From contig CALVLM010000011.1 in assembly GCA_944338075.1 (NCBI GenBank), positions 403-64,402 on the forward strand: 64,000 nucleotides of DNA, in the 5' to 3' direction. The translations under genes and the position numbers were made by a program. This DNA comes from Candidatus Gallimonas intestinigallinarum. GTDB lineage: Bacteria; Bacillota; Clostridia; Christensenellales; Borkfalkiaceae. Position 1 is the stretch's first letter. Each line of letters starts with the position of its first letter. The notes below the pieces were generated by a model, which was not told the origin of the DNA, did no database searches, and saw only the letters and a program-made list of their open reading frames with translations. Positions 40,324 to 49,784 of this stretch are shown in pieces.

Positions 40324-41454
40324 TCAGGAGAGCTTTGTGATGCTCACGCCGTCCTCAATGGTCGTATCGTAGAAGGATGCCTCATAGCCGACTGCCTCCC
40401 TGTACGCCTTTCCGACGTTCTCGCGGAAGGCGTCCGTCTTGCCCTTTTCCACAAGGCTGATGGTGCAGCCGCCAAAGCCCGCGCCGATCATGCGCGAGGC
40501 GATGCAGCCCTCCTGTGCCCGCGCCGCGTAGGCGAGCGCATCAGGCTCCCTGCCTGTTACCTCGTAGAGCTTGGAGAGACTGTCGTGCGAGGCGTTGATG
40601 AGCCTGGCGAGCGTCTCGATCTTGCCCGCCTTGAGCGCCTCCGCTGCCTCTGCGACGCGTGCACATTCATAGACGACGTGCGTTGCGCGGTCGAGGATCT
40701 TGCCGCTCAGAACGTGCTTGGCGCGCTCGAACATGTCGGGCGTAAGGTCGGCAAGACAGCTGATCGAGGGGTACACCTGTTGCAGCTGTTCCAGCGCGCG
40801 CTCCACTTCGGCGCGGCGCTCGTTGTACTTGCTCTCCACAAGGGCATGCGGCTTGTTGCAGTTGGCGACGATGAGCTCGTAGTTTCCAAGATCGAGGGGG
40901 ATATACTCATAGTCCAGCGTCTTGCAGTCGAGCAGGATGGCGTGATCCTTCTTGCCCATTGCCGAGGCAAACTGGTCCATGATGCCGCAGTTGACGCCGC
41001 AGTACTCGTTCTCCGCCTTCTGCGAGAGGAGGGCGACTTGCTTCAAATCGGGCGTCTCGCCCGCAACGGTCGCGAGGGCAACCATCGTGCTGACCTCGAT
41101 GGCGGCGGAGGAGGACAGCCCGCTGCCGAAGGGGACGGAGCAGTCCTGCAAAATGTCGCATCCGACGAGTTTGTGCCCCGCCTGCTGCCACATATAGGCG
41201 ACGCCCGCGGGATAGTCGGCATATTTCACCTTGCGGTAGTCGTTGAGCCGCCCGATCTCCAGCGAGATGCGCGCGGGGATGTCCGTCCACGCAAGGTTGA
41301 TGCGGTCGGTGCCGTTGGGACGGATGTAGACGGTGTTTTTAAGCGAGAGCGCCGCGGGCATGACCTTGCCGCCGCAGTAGTCGATGTGCTCCCCGATGAG
41401 GTTGATGCGCCCTGCCGCCGAGACGGCATACATGAACTGTTTTTCATTTTCCAT
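40324..41454 (-). CDS. galK: Galactokinase
   Basis: GRINLIGEHIDYCGG signature and the GHMP motif PFGSGLSSSAA. Confidence 0.95.
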   Translation of the reverse strand: MENEKQFMYAVSAAGRINLIGEHIDYCGGKVMPAALSLKNTVYIRPNGTDRINLAWTDIPARISLEIGRLNDYRKVKYADYPAGVAYMWQQAGHKLVGCDILQDCSVPFGSGLSSSAAIEVSTMVALATVAGETPDLKQVALLSQKAENEYCGVNCGIMDQFASAMGKKDHAILLDCKTLDYEYIPLDLGNYELIVANCNKPHALVESKYNERRAEVERALEQLQQVYPSISCLADLTPDMFERAKHVLSGKILDRATHVVYECARVAEAAEALKAGKIETLARLINASHDSLSKLYEVTGREPDALAYAARAQEGCIASRMIGAGFGGCTISLVEKGKTDAFRENVGKAYREAVGYEASFYDTTIEDGVSITKLS

Positions 41455-42916
41455 AGGTGAAACCTGCCTTGTGGATGAGGAATTGTGCCGTGTCCGAGGG
41501 GGCCTCGAAGACGGCGGTATTTTTCAGGATACGGCTGCATACGCTCGCCAGCTCCGTCTTGACTGCTTCGTGCGCCGATTGCGGCGTAAAGGCGGGGGAC
41601 ATTGCCTTCATCTCCGCAAAGAGCATCGCGTAGTCTGCGTACTGCTCCGGCAGAGGCGCGCCCGATATAAGGAGCGCTTCGAGGTCGGCAAGTTCATGCA
41701 CCAGCCGTCCGGGGAGAATGAACAGCCCCTGTGCCTCGATGAGCCCGATGGACTCCTTCTTGATGACGTGGAACTCCGGGTGCGCATGGAACACGCCGTC
41801 CGGGTATTGCGCCGAGGTGATATTGCTGCGCAGGATGAGATTCATTTCGTAGCCGTTTTGCGTCTTGATGACGGTCGGGCTGACGGCGTGGTGTACGCCG
41901 TCGCCGTCAACGGGGATGAGCCCGCGCGCGGCGTCCTCGTAGGCGCACCATGCCTCGCGCACGCGCTCGGAGAGGTCCGCGATCTGGTCGGCATTCTTTC
42001 CGCTGAGGCGCACCGCCGTGCCCTGCCAGTCAATGACGCCCGCCCTGATTTCCGGAAAGTCGGGATGGGAGAGCGGGACGGCGATGGAGGCGCGGTGCAG
42101 CGGAAGCACTTCGCCGCCGCCCTGGTAGTGGTCGTGGGCGAGCACGCTGCCGCCGATGCGCGGCAGGGGCGCGTTGCAGCCGATGAAGTAGTGCGGGAAC
42201 AGGTCGACAAACTGCATGAGCCGGACAAAGGTGTCCCTGTCGACGTGCATGGGGATGTGCTTTTGATTGACGGCGATGCCGTGCTCGTGGAAGTAGCCGT
42301 AGGGGGAGAACTGCCAGAACCACGGTTCCCCGCCAAGCTCCAGCGAGACGGTGCGCAGCGTGCATTTGTTGCGCCCGACAAATCCCTCGTTCTCGCGGCA
42401 GATCGTGCAGGCGGGATAGCCGCCCCTGACGCTGTTGCCGCTCGCCGCCTTTTTGGGGTCGCGGAATTCGGGCTTTGCGCAGTTGATCGTGACGATCAGC
42501 CCGTTCTCTGCCGTAAAGCGGGGGTTGGCGTCCAGTTTCTTCTTTTTGACGTAGTCGGCGTGCACGCAGTAGTCGTACAGCCACCTCGTCGCCTCGGCGG
42601 AGGAGACGCGCATGTGCGCGGCAAATGCCTCTTCGACCGCCTCGGGGGAGAGCATCAGCGCGCCCATCACGCCGTCGGTGAGTCGCTCGGGCTGTTCGGC
42701 GGCGGGAAGCCCCGCTTCCGCGCAGGCATTGACCAGGTCGCTTAAGAGGTCGGAGACCTCCCGCCCGTCATAGACTGCGCCGCTGTCTTCGTAGCTCTGC
42801 GCGCCCACGAGTCCGAGTACGGTGTTGCGCGCATAGACCGCATTGCGCGACGAAAGTCCGAGTTTTTCGCGCGCATAGGCGATGAGTGCGTCGATTGCAT
42901 GAGATAGGTTGTTCAT
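41444..42916 (-). CDS. galT: Galactose-1-phosphate uridylyltransferase (type 2, Firmicute form)
   Basis: About 490 aa, with FSPYGYFHEHGIAVN and GGSVLAHDHYQGG. The start Met (MNNLSHAIDALI) at 42916 follows GGAGG. The track ORF extends to 43222. Confidence 0.9.
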   Translation of the reverse strand: MNNLSHAIDALIAYAREKLGLSSRNAVYARNTVLGLVGAQSYEDSGAVYDGREVSDLLSDLVNACAEAGLPAAEQPERLTDGVMGALMLSPEAVEEAFAAHMRVSSAEATRWLYDYCVHADYVKKKKLDANPRFTAENGLIVTINCAKPEFRDPKKAASGNSVRGGYPACTICRENEGFVGRNKCTLRTVSLELGGEPWFWQFSPYGYFHEHGIAVNQKHIPMHVDRDTFVRLMQFVDLFPHYFIGCNAPLPRIGGSVLAHDHYQGGGEVLPLHRASIAVPLSHPDFPEIRAGVIDWQGTAVRLSGKNADQIADLSERVREAWCAYEDAARGLIPVDGDGVHHAVSPTVIKTQNGYEMNLILRSNITSAQYPDGVFHAHPEFHVIKKESIGLIEAQGLFILPGRLVHELADLEALLISGAPLPEQYADYAMLFAEMKAMSPAFTPQSAHEAVKTELASVCSRILKNTAVFEAPSDTAQFLIHKAGFTYGK

Positions 42917-42945
42917 GATCGTTTGCCTCCGGGCAAATGGGGGGG

Positions 42946-42980
42946 GACAATGAGGCGATGATTCCGATCGCCTCATTGTC
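42946..42980 (-). promoter_or_regulatory. 14-bp perfect hairpin flanked by C runs in the galT 5' region
   Basis: GACAATGAGGCGAT / ATCGCCTCATTGTC with a 7-nt loop. A G8 run (42939-42946) and a G6 run (42988-42993) flank it on the plus strand. Confidence 0.35.
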
Positions 42981-43075
42981 AGGGGTTGGGGGGATTTTGA
43001 ATAGACAATCTTTGTGGCGGGATTTGCGCACGGCGAGCGATCTTCCGGCGCTGCTGCTCTTCTTTTCGCCCATAT

Positions 43076-43451
43076 TATACTGTAAGGGAAAAATACGAAC
43101 CACGCCTTTGGCGGTATCTTTTTGGCAGCTTTCCGCTCATCTTCCTCGCAATACGCGGGTATTACTTCGTCATCGCGTCGCGGCAAGGCGCGTTTTGCGA
43201 AAGTTCGGCTTACGCCAAACATTGCGCTTTGATCGCCTGCCGCTCCTTTTTCTCAAAATTCTTCACAAAGAATTTTGAGAAAAAGCTGAGGTGCTCGCCA
43301 AAGGTGCAAAGCAATCAAAAGCGGCAAGATGTGCGTCTCAGACAAGGCGAAAGGCGCAGGGCGTGCCCGGTGGCACGGTCAAGCCTTTCAACACAGTATG
43401 AGCGTGCAGTTTCCGCTTTTGATCGGGTTCGCATTACTCCCTTACAGTATA
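43076..43451. repeat. 376-bp dyad-symmetric non-coding unit (terminal inverted repeats plus a central perfect palindrome)
   Basis: The left end TATACTGTAAGGGAAAAATACGAACC (43076-43101) and the reverse complement of 43426-43451 (TATACTGTAAGGGAGTAATGCGAACC) match at 23 of 26 positions. The central palindrome is 17 bp per arm (43247-43284). Confidence 0.6.
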
Positions 43452-43598
43452 CCTGCTCTTTGCGGGCATGGCAAGCAATGTATTGTCCGTTTTTGGACAA
43501 TTATTGACATAATACGGCCGCATGCTTTCCTGTTTTTGCGCAACTGAAAGAAAAGCGGGGAATGCACGCGATTTTTTTGAGGAATTGCGGTATTTTAA

Positions 43599-43627
43599 TT
43601 GACAAATTCTGCAATACCCGTTATACT
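43599..43627 (+). promoter_or_regulatory. Promoter of the polyamine operon
   Basis: TTGACA (43599-43604), 17-nt spacer, TATACT (43622-43627). Confidence 0.55.
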
Positions 43628-43925
43628 CAAAGCAAAGGTATGGCGTGTTCGGAGTCCATGCAAATATTCGGCGGCGTGTGCCGCATTATTGATTGAGATA
43701 AGGCTGTTCGCCTAGACTCAAATTTTATAAGTTGGACAGGGCAACCTGTTTGAATTTAGCCGATAAAAGGCGTCACTTGTGAAACGGTCAATAAGAGTAT
43801 TAAAAGTATTTGCTGTATAGACTCTGATCCACGTGCATCAAGCAAAAGCGATTTTTTACGCATGCATGCGCACTGTCGAGGGACGTCCTTGTTCGGGACA
43901 TCCCTTATTTTTTTGGAAGAGAAGT
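43628..43925 (+). promoter_or_regulatory. Long structured 5' leader (candidate riboswitch or attenuator, class not recognised)
   Basis: About 300 nt lie between the promoter and the ATG, with no credible ORF. Several local hairpins are present, and an intrinsic terminator ends 12 nt before the start codon. Confidence 0.45.
43879..43914 (+). terminator. Leader terminator/attenuator hairpin
   Basis: AGGGACGTCC / GGGACATCCCT stem with one mismatch, followed by TATTTTTTT. Confidence 0.6.
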
Positions 43926-45374
43926 ATGAGCGAGTTCAACCAAAGAAGCGCCCCCCTCTACGAAGCGCTTGAAAAATTCCGCAAGCAGCGGGTCGTTCCC
44001 TTCGACGTGCCCGGGCACAAGCGCGGCCGCGGCAATCCCGAGCTCGTCGAGCTGCTCGGCGAGAAGTGCGTGGGGCTGGACGTCAACTCCATGAAGCCGC
44101 TGGACGATCTGTGCCATCCCTCCTCGGTCATCCGTGAGGCGGAGGCGCTCGCAGCCGAGGCATTCGGCGCGGCGCACGCCTTCTTTATGGTGGGCGGCAC
44201 GACCTCCGCCGTGCAGAGCATGATCCTCTCCGTCTGCAAGGAAGGGGACAAGATCATCATGCCGCGCAACGTGCACAAGTCGGTCATCAACGCGCTCATC
44301 TTGAACGGCGCGATTCCCGTCTATGTCAATCCCGAAGTGGACCAGAATCTTGGCATCGCGCTGGGGATGGAGCCGGAGAAGCTGAAAAAGGCGGTGGAGG
44401 ACAACCCCGACGCAAAGGCGGTGCTCGTCAATAACCCGACCTATTACGGCATCTGTTCGGACATGCGCTCCATCGTGAAAATTGCGCACGAACATGGCAT
44501 GAAGGTGCTCGCGGACGAGGCGCATGGCACGCACTTTTCCTTTCATCCCGATCTGCCCGTGTCCGCCATGGCGGCGGGGGCGGACATGTCGGCGGTCTCC
44601 ATGCATAAGTCGGGCGGCAGTCTGACGCAGAGCTCTCTGTTGCTGCTCTCCGGGAGCATGAACGAGGACTACGTCCGTCAGATCATCAACCTGATGCAGA
44701 CGACGAGCGCATCTTATCTGCTCATGTCCAGCCTGGATATCTCCCGCCGCAACCTCGCATTGAATGGCGAGGCGTCCTTTGAAAAGGTGATGAAGATGGC
44801 ATCCTACGCGCGGGAGGAGATCAATGGCATCGGGGATTATTACGCCTACGGGAAGGAACTCATCAACGGCACTTCGGTGTACGACTTTGACGTCACCAAG
44901 CTCGCCGTGTACACGCGCGATCTGGGGCTTGCCGGCATCGAGGTGTACGATCTTCTGCGTGACGAGTACAATATCCAGATCGAGTTCGGCGACATCTCCA
45001 ATATCCTCGCGTACGTCTCCATCGGGGACAGGCTGCAGGATATCGAACGGCTGGTCGGCGCACTGTACGATCTCAAGCGGCTGTACAAGAGGGACAAGGC
45101 GGGCATGCTGAGTGCGGAGTACGTCTCGCCCAAGGTCGCCGTGCCCCCGAGGAAGGCGTTCTACTCGGACAAGGTCTCCCTTCCCTTGCAGGAGGCGGAG
45201 GGGAAAGTGTGCACGGAGTTTGTCATGTGCTATCCGCCGGGCATTCCCATCCTTGCGCCCGGGGAGCTGATCACCAGGGACATCATCGAATATATCGTCT
45301 ATGCCAAGGCGAAGGGCTGTTCCATGCAGGGTACGGAGGATTTCGCCGTCGAGCGGCTCAACGTATTGAAATAA
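43926..45374 (+). CDS. speA: Orn/Lys/Arg decarboxylase family 1 enzyme (probable arginine decarboxylase)
   Basis: FDVPGHKRG and the SMHKSGGSLTQSS PLP-lysine motif. The operon context includes agmatine deiminase. The start is the Met (MSEFNQ) internal to the track ORF. Confidence 0.85.
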   Translation: MSEFNQRSAPLYEALEKFRKQRVVPFDVPGHKRGRGNPELVELLGEKCVGLDVNSMKPLDDLCHPSSVIREAEALAAEAFGAAHAFFMVGGTTSAVQSMILSVCKEGDKIIMPRNVHKSVINALILNGAIPVYVNPEVDQNLGIALGMEPEKLKKAVEDNPDAKAVLVNNPTYYGICSDMRSIVKIAHEHGMKVLADEAHGTHFSFHPDLPVSAMAAGADMSAVSMHKSGGSLTQSSLLLLSGSMNEDYVRQIINLMQTTSASYLLMSSLDISRRNLALNGEASFEKVMKMASYAREEINGIGDYYAYGKELINGTSVYDFDVTKLAVYTRDLGLAGIEVYDLLRDEYNIQIEFGDISNILAYVSIGDRLQDIERLVGALYDLKRLYKRDKAGMLSAEYVSPKVAVPPRKAFYSDKVSLPLQEAEGKVCTEFVMCYPPGIPILAPGELITRDIIEYIVYAKAKGCSMQGTEDFAVERLNVLK

Positions 45375-45398
45375 CCAAAGAAAAGGGAGGGATTGCAT

Positions 45399-46256
45399 AT
45401 GGAAATGTGGTTTTCGGACATCCATACGCCCAATATCAAGCTGAATATCCGCGTCAAAAAGCAGCTCTTTTCCGAGCGCAGCGATATCCAGCAGGTGGAC
45501 GTATTCGACTCGGAGGATCTGGGCAAGTTTATAAGTCTGGACGGCGAGGTCGTCTTTTCGGAAAAGGACGAGTTCATCTATGACGAGATGGTGGCGCACG
45601 TCCCCATGGCGGTACACCCGCATGTTCGCAACGTGCTGGTCATCGGCGGCGGCGACGGCGGCGTCGCCAAGGAACTGTGCCGCTATCCCGAGATCGAGCG
45701 CATCGACGTCGTGGAGGAGGACGAAATGTTCGTCTACGTCTCGCGCACTTTCTTTCCGGAGACGGCGGCGGGACTCACCGATAAGCGCGTCAACTTATAC
45801 ATTCAGGACGGGCTGAAATTTTTGCGCGGCAAGGTGGGGGAGTACGACCTCATCATCAACGATTCCACCGATCCGTTCGGGCCCACGGAGGGGCTGTTCA
45901 CCAAGGAGTTCTACGGCAGCTGCTTCAAGGCGCTCAACGATACGGGCGTCATGGTCTACCAGCACGGCAGTCCCTTCTATGCCGAGGACGAGGAGGAGTG
46001 CCGCAAGATGCACCAGAAGGTGTTCCGCTGCTTCCCCGTCTCCAAGGTCTATCAGGCGCACATTCCCACCTGTTCTTCGGGCTACTGGCTGTTCGGCTTT
46101 GCCAGCAAGCAGTATCATCCGCTGAAGGACTTCAACCCTGCAAAGTGGAAGGAGCGCGGCATTCCCACGCGCTATTATACGACCAACCTGCACATGGGCG
46201 CCTTCATGCTGCCCAAGTATGTGGAGGACATTCTGCTCGCCGCCGAAAAGGACTGA
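45399..46256 (+). CDS. speE: Polyamine aminopropyltransferase (spermidine synthase family)
   Basis: VLVIGGGDGGVAKE and DLIINDSTDPFGP motifs. The ATG follows GGGAGGG. Confidence 0.9.
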   Translation: MEMWFSDIHTPNIKLNIRVKKQLFSERSDIQQVDVFDSEDLGKFISLDGEVVFSEKDEFIYDEMVAHVPMAVHPHVRNVLVIGGGDGGVAKELCRYPEIERIDVVEEDEMFVYVSRTFFPETAAGLTDKRVNLYIQDGLKFLRGKVGEYDLIINDSTDPFGPTEGLFTKEFYGSCFKALNDTGVMVYQHGSPFYAEDEEECRKMHQKVFRCFPVSKVYQAHIPTCSSGYWLFGFASKQYHPLKDFNPAKWKERGIPTRYYTTNLHMGAFMLPKYVEDILLAAEKD

Positions 46257-46328
46257 GCGCGGCAAAACTATGCCCGCCGCGGAATGCGGGCGCTGAAATT
46301 TCAGATATCTCAGAGGGAGGATATAATT

Positions 46329-47585
46329 ATGAAACTGTTGGTCATCGGTTGCGGCGGCGTTGCGCAGGTCGCCATCCAGAAGTGCGCGCAGGCGGACGAC
46401 GTGTTCACGGACATTCTCATTGCCAGCCGCACGGAGAGCAAGTGCAAGGATCTCGTTGCAAAGATCAAGGACAAGACCAAGGCAAAGCTTACTACCGCCA
46501 CGGTCAATGCCGACAACGTGGAGGCGCTCGTTTCGCTCATCGAGTCCTTCCGTCCCGTCGCCGTGCTCAACGTGGCGCTGCCCTATCAGGACCTTGCCAT
46601 CATGGAGGCATGCCTGCGTACCAAGGTGCACTATATCGACACCGCAAACTACGAGTGTGAGGACACGGACGACCCCGTCTGGCGCGCAAAGTATGAAGCG
46701 CGCGTCAAAGAGAAGGGGTTCACCGCCTACTTTGACTATTCCTATCAGTGGGACTACTTCAAAAAGTATGAGGACGCGGGCATCTGCGCGCTCCTCGGTA
46801 CGGGCTTCGATCCGGGCGTCACGCAGGTGTTCTGCGCCTATGCACAGAAGCACTACTTCGACACGATCGAGACCATCGATATTCTGGACTGCAACGGCGG
46901 CGACCACGGCTATGCGTTCGCGACCAACTTCAACCCGGAGATCAACTTGCGCGAGGTGTCGGCGAACGGCTCGTATATCGAAAACGGCAAGTGGGTGGAG
47001 ACCAAGCCTTTGGAGATCAAGCGCGAGTATGACTTCGACGAAGTGGGCGTCAAGGATATGTACCTGTTGCACCACGAGGAGCTGGAAAGCCTCGCCAAGA
47101 ACATAAAAGGCGTCAGGCGCATCCGCTTCTTCATGACCTTCGGGCAGAGCTATATCCAGCACATGAACTGCTTAAAAGACGTCGGCATGCTCTCCACGAC
47201 CCCCGTCAGCTTCGAAGGCAAGGAGATCGTCCCCATCCAGTTCTTAAAGGCACTGCTGCCCGACCCCGCAACGCTGGGCGCGCGCACCAAGGGCAAGACG
47301 AATATCGGCTGCATCTTTACGGGCGTCAAGGACGGCAAGCCCCGCTCGCTGTATATCTACAACGTCTGCGACCATCAGGAGTGCTACAAAGAGGTCGGTT
47401 CGCAGGCGATCTCCTACACGACGGGCGTGCCCGCCATGATCGGCACCATGCTCGTTGCGACGGGCGTCTGGAACAAGCCGGGCGTCTGGAACTGCGAGGA
47501 GTTTGACCCCGATCCCTACATGGACGCGCTCAATAAGTACGGGCTGCCCTGGAAGGTGGTGGAGAATCCCGTCCCGGTCGACTGA
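46329..47585 (+). CDS. Carboxynorspermidine/carboxyspermidine dehydrogenase (saccharopine dehydrogenase family)
   Basis: MKLLVIGCGGVAQV Rossmann motif. About 418 aa, adjacent to the decarboxylase partner. Confidence 0.85.
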   Translation: MKLLVIGCGGVAQVAIQKCAQADDVFTDILIASRTESKCKDLVAKIKDKTKAKLTTATVNADNVEALVSLIESFRPVAVLNVALPYQDLAIMEACLRTKVHYIDTANYECEDTDDPVWRAKYEARVKEKGFTAYFDYSYQWDYFKKYEDAGICALLGTGFDPGVTQVFCAYAQKHYFDTIETIDILDCNGGDHGYAFATNFNPEINLREVSANGSYIENGKWVETKPLEIKREYDFDEVGVKDMYLLHHEELESLAKNIKGVRRIRFFMTFGQSYIQHMNCLKDVGMLSTTPVSFEGKEIVPIQFLKALLPDPATLGARTKGKTNIGCIFTGVKDGKPRSLYIYNVCDHQECYKEVGSQAISYTTGVPAMIGTMLVATGVWNKPGVWNCEEFDPDPYMDALNKYGLPWKVVENPVPVD

Positions 47586-48697
47586 TGAAAGTTTGCGAAC
47601 TTCCCACGCCCGTCTACGTCATCGACGAGGACGCGCTCCTTCACAATCTGGAGATCTTGCGCGCGATCGAGGTGCGTACGGGCTGTAAAATTTTGCTCGC
47701 GCAGAAGGCGTTCTCCTGCTATTATTTCTATCCGCTCATCTCGGCGTATGTAAGCGGCACGACGGCGAGCGGACTGTATGAAGCCAGGCTCGCGCACGAG
47801 CACTTCAGGGGCGAAAATCATGTCTTTTGTCCTGCCTATCTGGAGGACGAGTTTGACGAGATCGCGTCCATCTGCGATCATATCGTCTTTAACTCCTTCC
47901 GCCAGCTGGAAAAGTTTGCGGGCAGGGCAAAGCATGCGAGCATCGGACTGCGCATCAATCCGCAGTTCTCCACGCAGGGCGGCGGCATCTACGACCCCTG
48001 CGCACCCTTCTCCCGCCTCGGCATCCCCAAGGAGAACTTCCGCCCCGAGCTTTTGAGCGGGGTGGAGGGCCTGCATTTCCACACGCTCTGCGAGCAGGGC
48101 GCCGAGGATCTGGCGGCGACCGTCGCGGCGTTCGAGCGCGAGTTCGGGGCGTATCTTCCAGGGATGAAGTGGCTCAATCTCGGCGGCGGGCACCATATCA
48201 CCAAGCCGGGCTACGATATTGCTCTCCTGGAGGAGACCGTCAAGCGGCTCGCAGATCGCTACGGCGTGCAGGTGTACCTGGAGCCGGGCGAGGCGATCGC
48301 TCTCAACGCGGGGTACCTGCGTACGCGCGTCCTGGAGATCGTGCACAACGGCATGGACATCGCCATTCTGGACAGTTCTGCGGAGTGCCATATGCCCGAC
48401 GTCCTGGAAATGCCATACCGCCCGCCCCTTGAAGGCGGCGGAAAGGCGGGCGAAAAGCCGTACACCTACCGCCTCTCCTCGCGTACCTGCCTTGCGGGGG
48501 ACGTCATCGGGGACTACTCCTTCGACCGTCCGCTTGCAGAGGACGACGTGCTCACCTTCGGGGACATGGCGATCTACACCATGGTCAAAAACAACACCTT
48601 CAACGGCATGCCGCTGCCCGCCATCGCGCGCATGCGCGGCGGGGAATGCGAACTCATCAAGACCTTCGGATACGCCGACTTCAAATGCAGACTATGA
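47585..48697 (+). CDS. nspC: Carboxynorspermidine/carboxyspermidine decarboxylase
   Basis: TPVYVIDEDAL..ILLAQKAF (PLP lysine). Alanine-racemase-fold decarboxylase pattern, 370 aa. Confidence 0.85.
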   Translation: MKVCELPTPVYVIDEDALLHNLEILRAIEVRTGCKILLAQKAFSCYYFYPLISAYVSGTTASGLYEARLAHEHFRGENHVFCPAYLEDEFDEIASICDHIVFNSFRQLEKFAGRAKHASIGLRINPQFSTQGGGIYDPCAPFSRLGIPKENFRPELLSGVEGLHFHTLCEQGAEDLAATVAAFEREFGAYLPGMKWLNLGGGHHITKPGYDIALLEETVKRLADRYGVQVYLEPGEAIALNAGYLRTRVLEIVHNGMDIAILDSSAECHMPDVLEMPYRPPLEGGGKAGEKPYTYRLSSRTCLAGDVIGDYSFDRPLAEDDVLTFGDMAIYTMVKNNTFNGMPLPAIARMRGGECELIKTFGYADFKCRL

Positions 48698-49782
48698 CGA
48701 CCCCCAAACGCGACAACTTTTATATGCCCGCCGAGTACGCGCCGCACGCCGCGACCATCATGATCTGGTGCGAGCGCGGCGGCAGCTGGATCTACGGCGC
48801 AAAGTACGCGCGGCCCGTCTTTGCGGAGATGATCAAAGCCATCAGCCGCAGGGAGAAGGTATACCTCGCCGTGTCCGAGCGGGGAAAGATGAGCGCGCTG
48901 GAATATTTGCAGACTGAGGTCAACGAGGGGCGCGTTGAGCTTGTCGGAATCCCGACGGACGACAGCTGGGCGCGCGACATGGCGCCCACGTTCGTCACCG
49001 ACGGCAGGGAAGTGCGCGCCGTGGACTGGGCGTTCAACGCCTGGGGCGGCGACTACAACGGGCTCTACAAGGACTACCAAAGCGACGACGCCTTTGCAGC
49101 GCAGTTTGCAAAAAGGTACGGCTGCAAGTGCTATCCTGCGCGTCCCTTTGTTTTAGAGGGCGGCTCGGTGCACACCAACGGAAAGGGCACCGTTCTCACG
49201 ACGGAGGAGTGTCTGCTCTCGCCAGGGCGCAATCCGCAGCTGACGAAGGAAGAGATCGGGGAGAAATTGATGGAGTACCTCGGCGCGGAGCGCGTCGTTT
49301 GGCTTCCGTACGGCGTAGAAGGGGACGAGACGGACGGGCACGTCGATAATATCTGCGCGTTCGTATCGGAAAATGAAGTTGTCCTCGGCTGGACGGAGGA
49401 GGGCGAACAGGGCAGACGCTGCCGCGCCGATCTTGAGGCTTTAAAGGCGGCGGGGCTCACCGTCCACAAGCTGCCCTTTCCCAAGACGCCCGTCTGCTTT
49501 ACGCAGTTTGAAGTGGACGGCTTTTCGCCCGAAGAAGGGGAGGACATGCGCGAGGTCGGCGAGAAGCTCGCGGCGAGCTACGTCAATTTCTACGTCTGCA
49601 ATGGCGCGGTGCTCGTGCCGCAGTTCGGCGACGAAAACGACGGCGTCGCCGTGCGCATCCTGTCCGGGCTGTTCCCGGGGCGGGAAGTCGTGCCCGTGTA
49701 TGCCCGCCAGCTCATCATCGGCGGCGGCAACATCCACTGCCTGACGCAGCAGATCCCCGCGCCCTCGCAAAAGGAGAAGTGA
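48694..49782 (+). CDS. aguA: Agmatine deiminase
   Basis: FYMPAEYAPH, SWARD, and the C-terminal GGGNIHCLTQQIP catalytic Cys. ATGA overlap with nspC. Confidence 0.9.
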   Translation: MTTPKRDNFYMPAEYAPHAATIMIWCERGGSWIYGAKYARPVFAEMIKAISRREKVYLAVSERGKMSALEYLQTEVNEGRVELVGIPTDDSWARDMAPTFVTDGREVRAVDWAFNAWGGDYNGLYKDYQSDDAFAAQFAKRYGCKCYPARPFVLEGGSVHTNGKGTVLTTEECLLSPGRNPQLTKEEIGEKLMEYLGAERVVWLPYGVEGDETDGHVDNICAFVSENEVVLGWTEEGEQGRRCRADLEALKAAGLTVHKLPFPKTPVCFTQFEVDGFSPEEGEDMREVGEKLAASYVNFYVCNGAVLVPQFGDENDGVAVRILSGLFPGREVVPVYARQLIIGGGNIHCLTQQIPAPSQKEK

Positions 49783-49784
49783 GT

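Noticed and set aside
42917-43222. 102-codon in-frame N-terminal extension of galT
   Set aside because: Type-2 GalT proteins are about 490-500 aa. The internal Met at 42916 has a GGAGG RBS. The extension crosses the hairpin and C-run region and has no protein-like pattern.
43628-43925. T-box or lysine (L-box) riboswitch in the polyamine operon leader
   Set aside because: I could not find the T-box core sequence or the L-box conserved cores by eye. The class is left unassigned pending a covariance-model scan.
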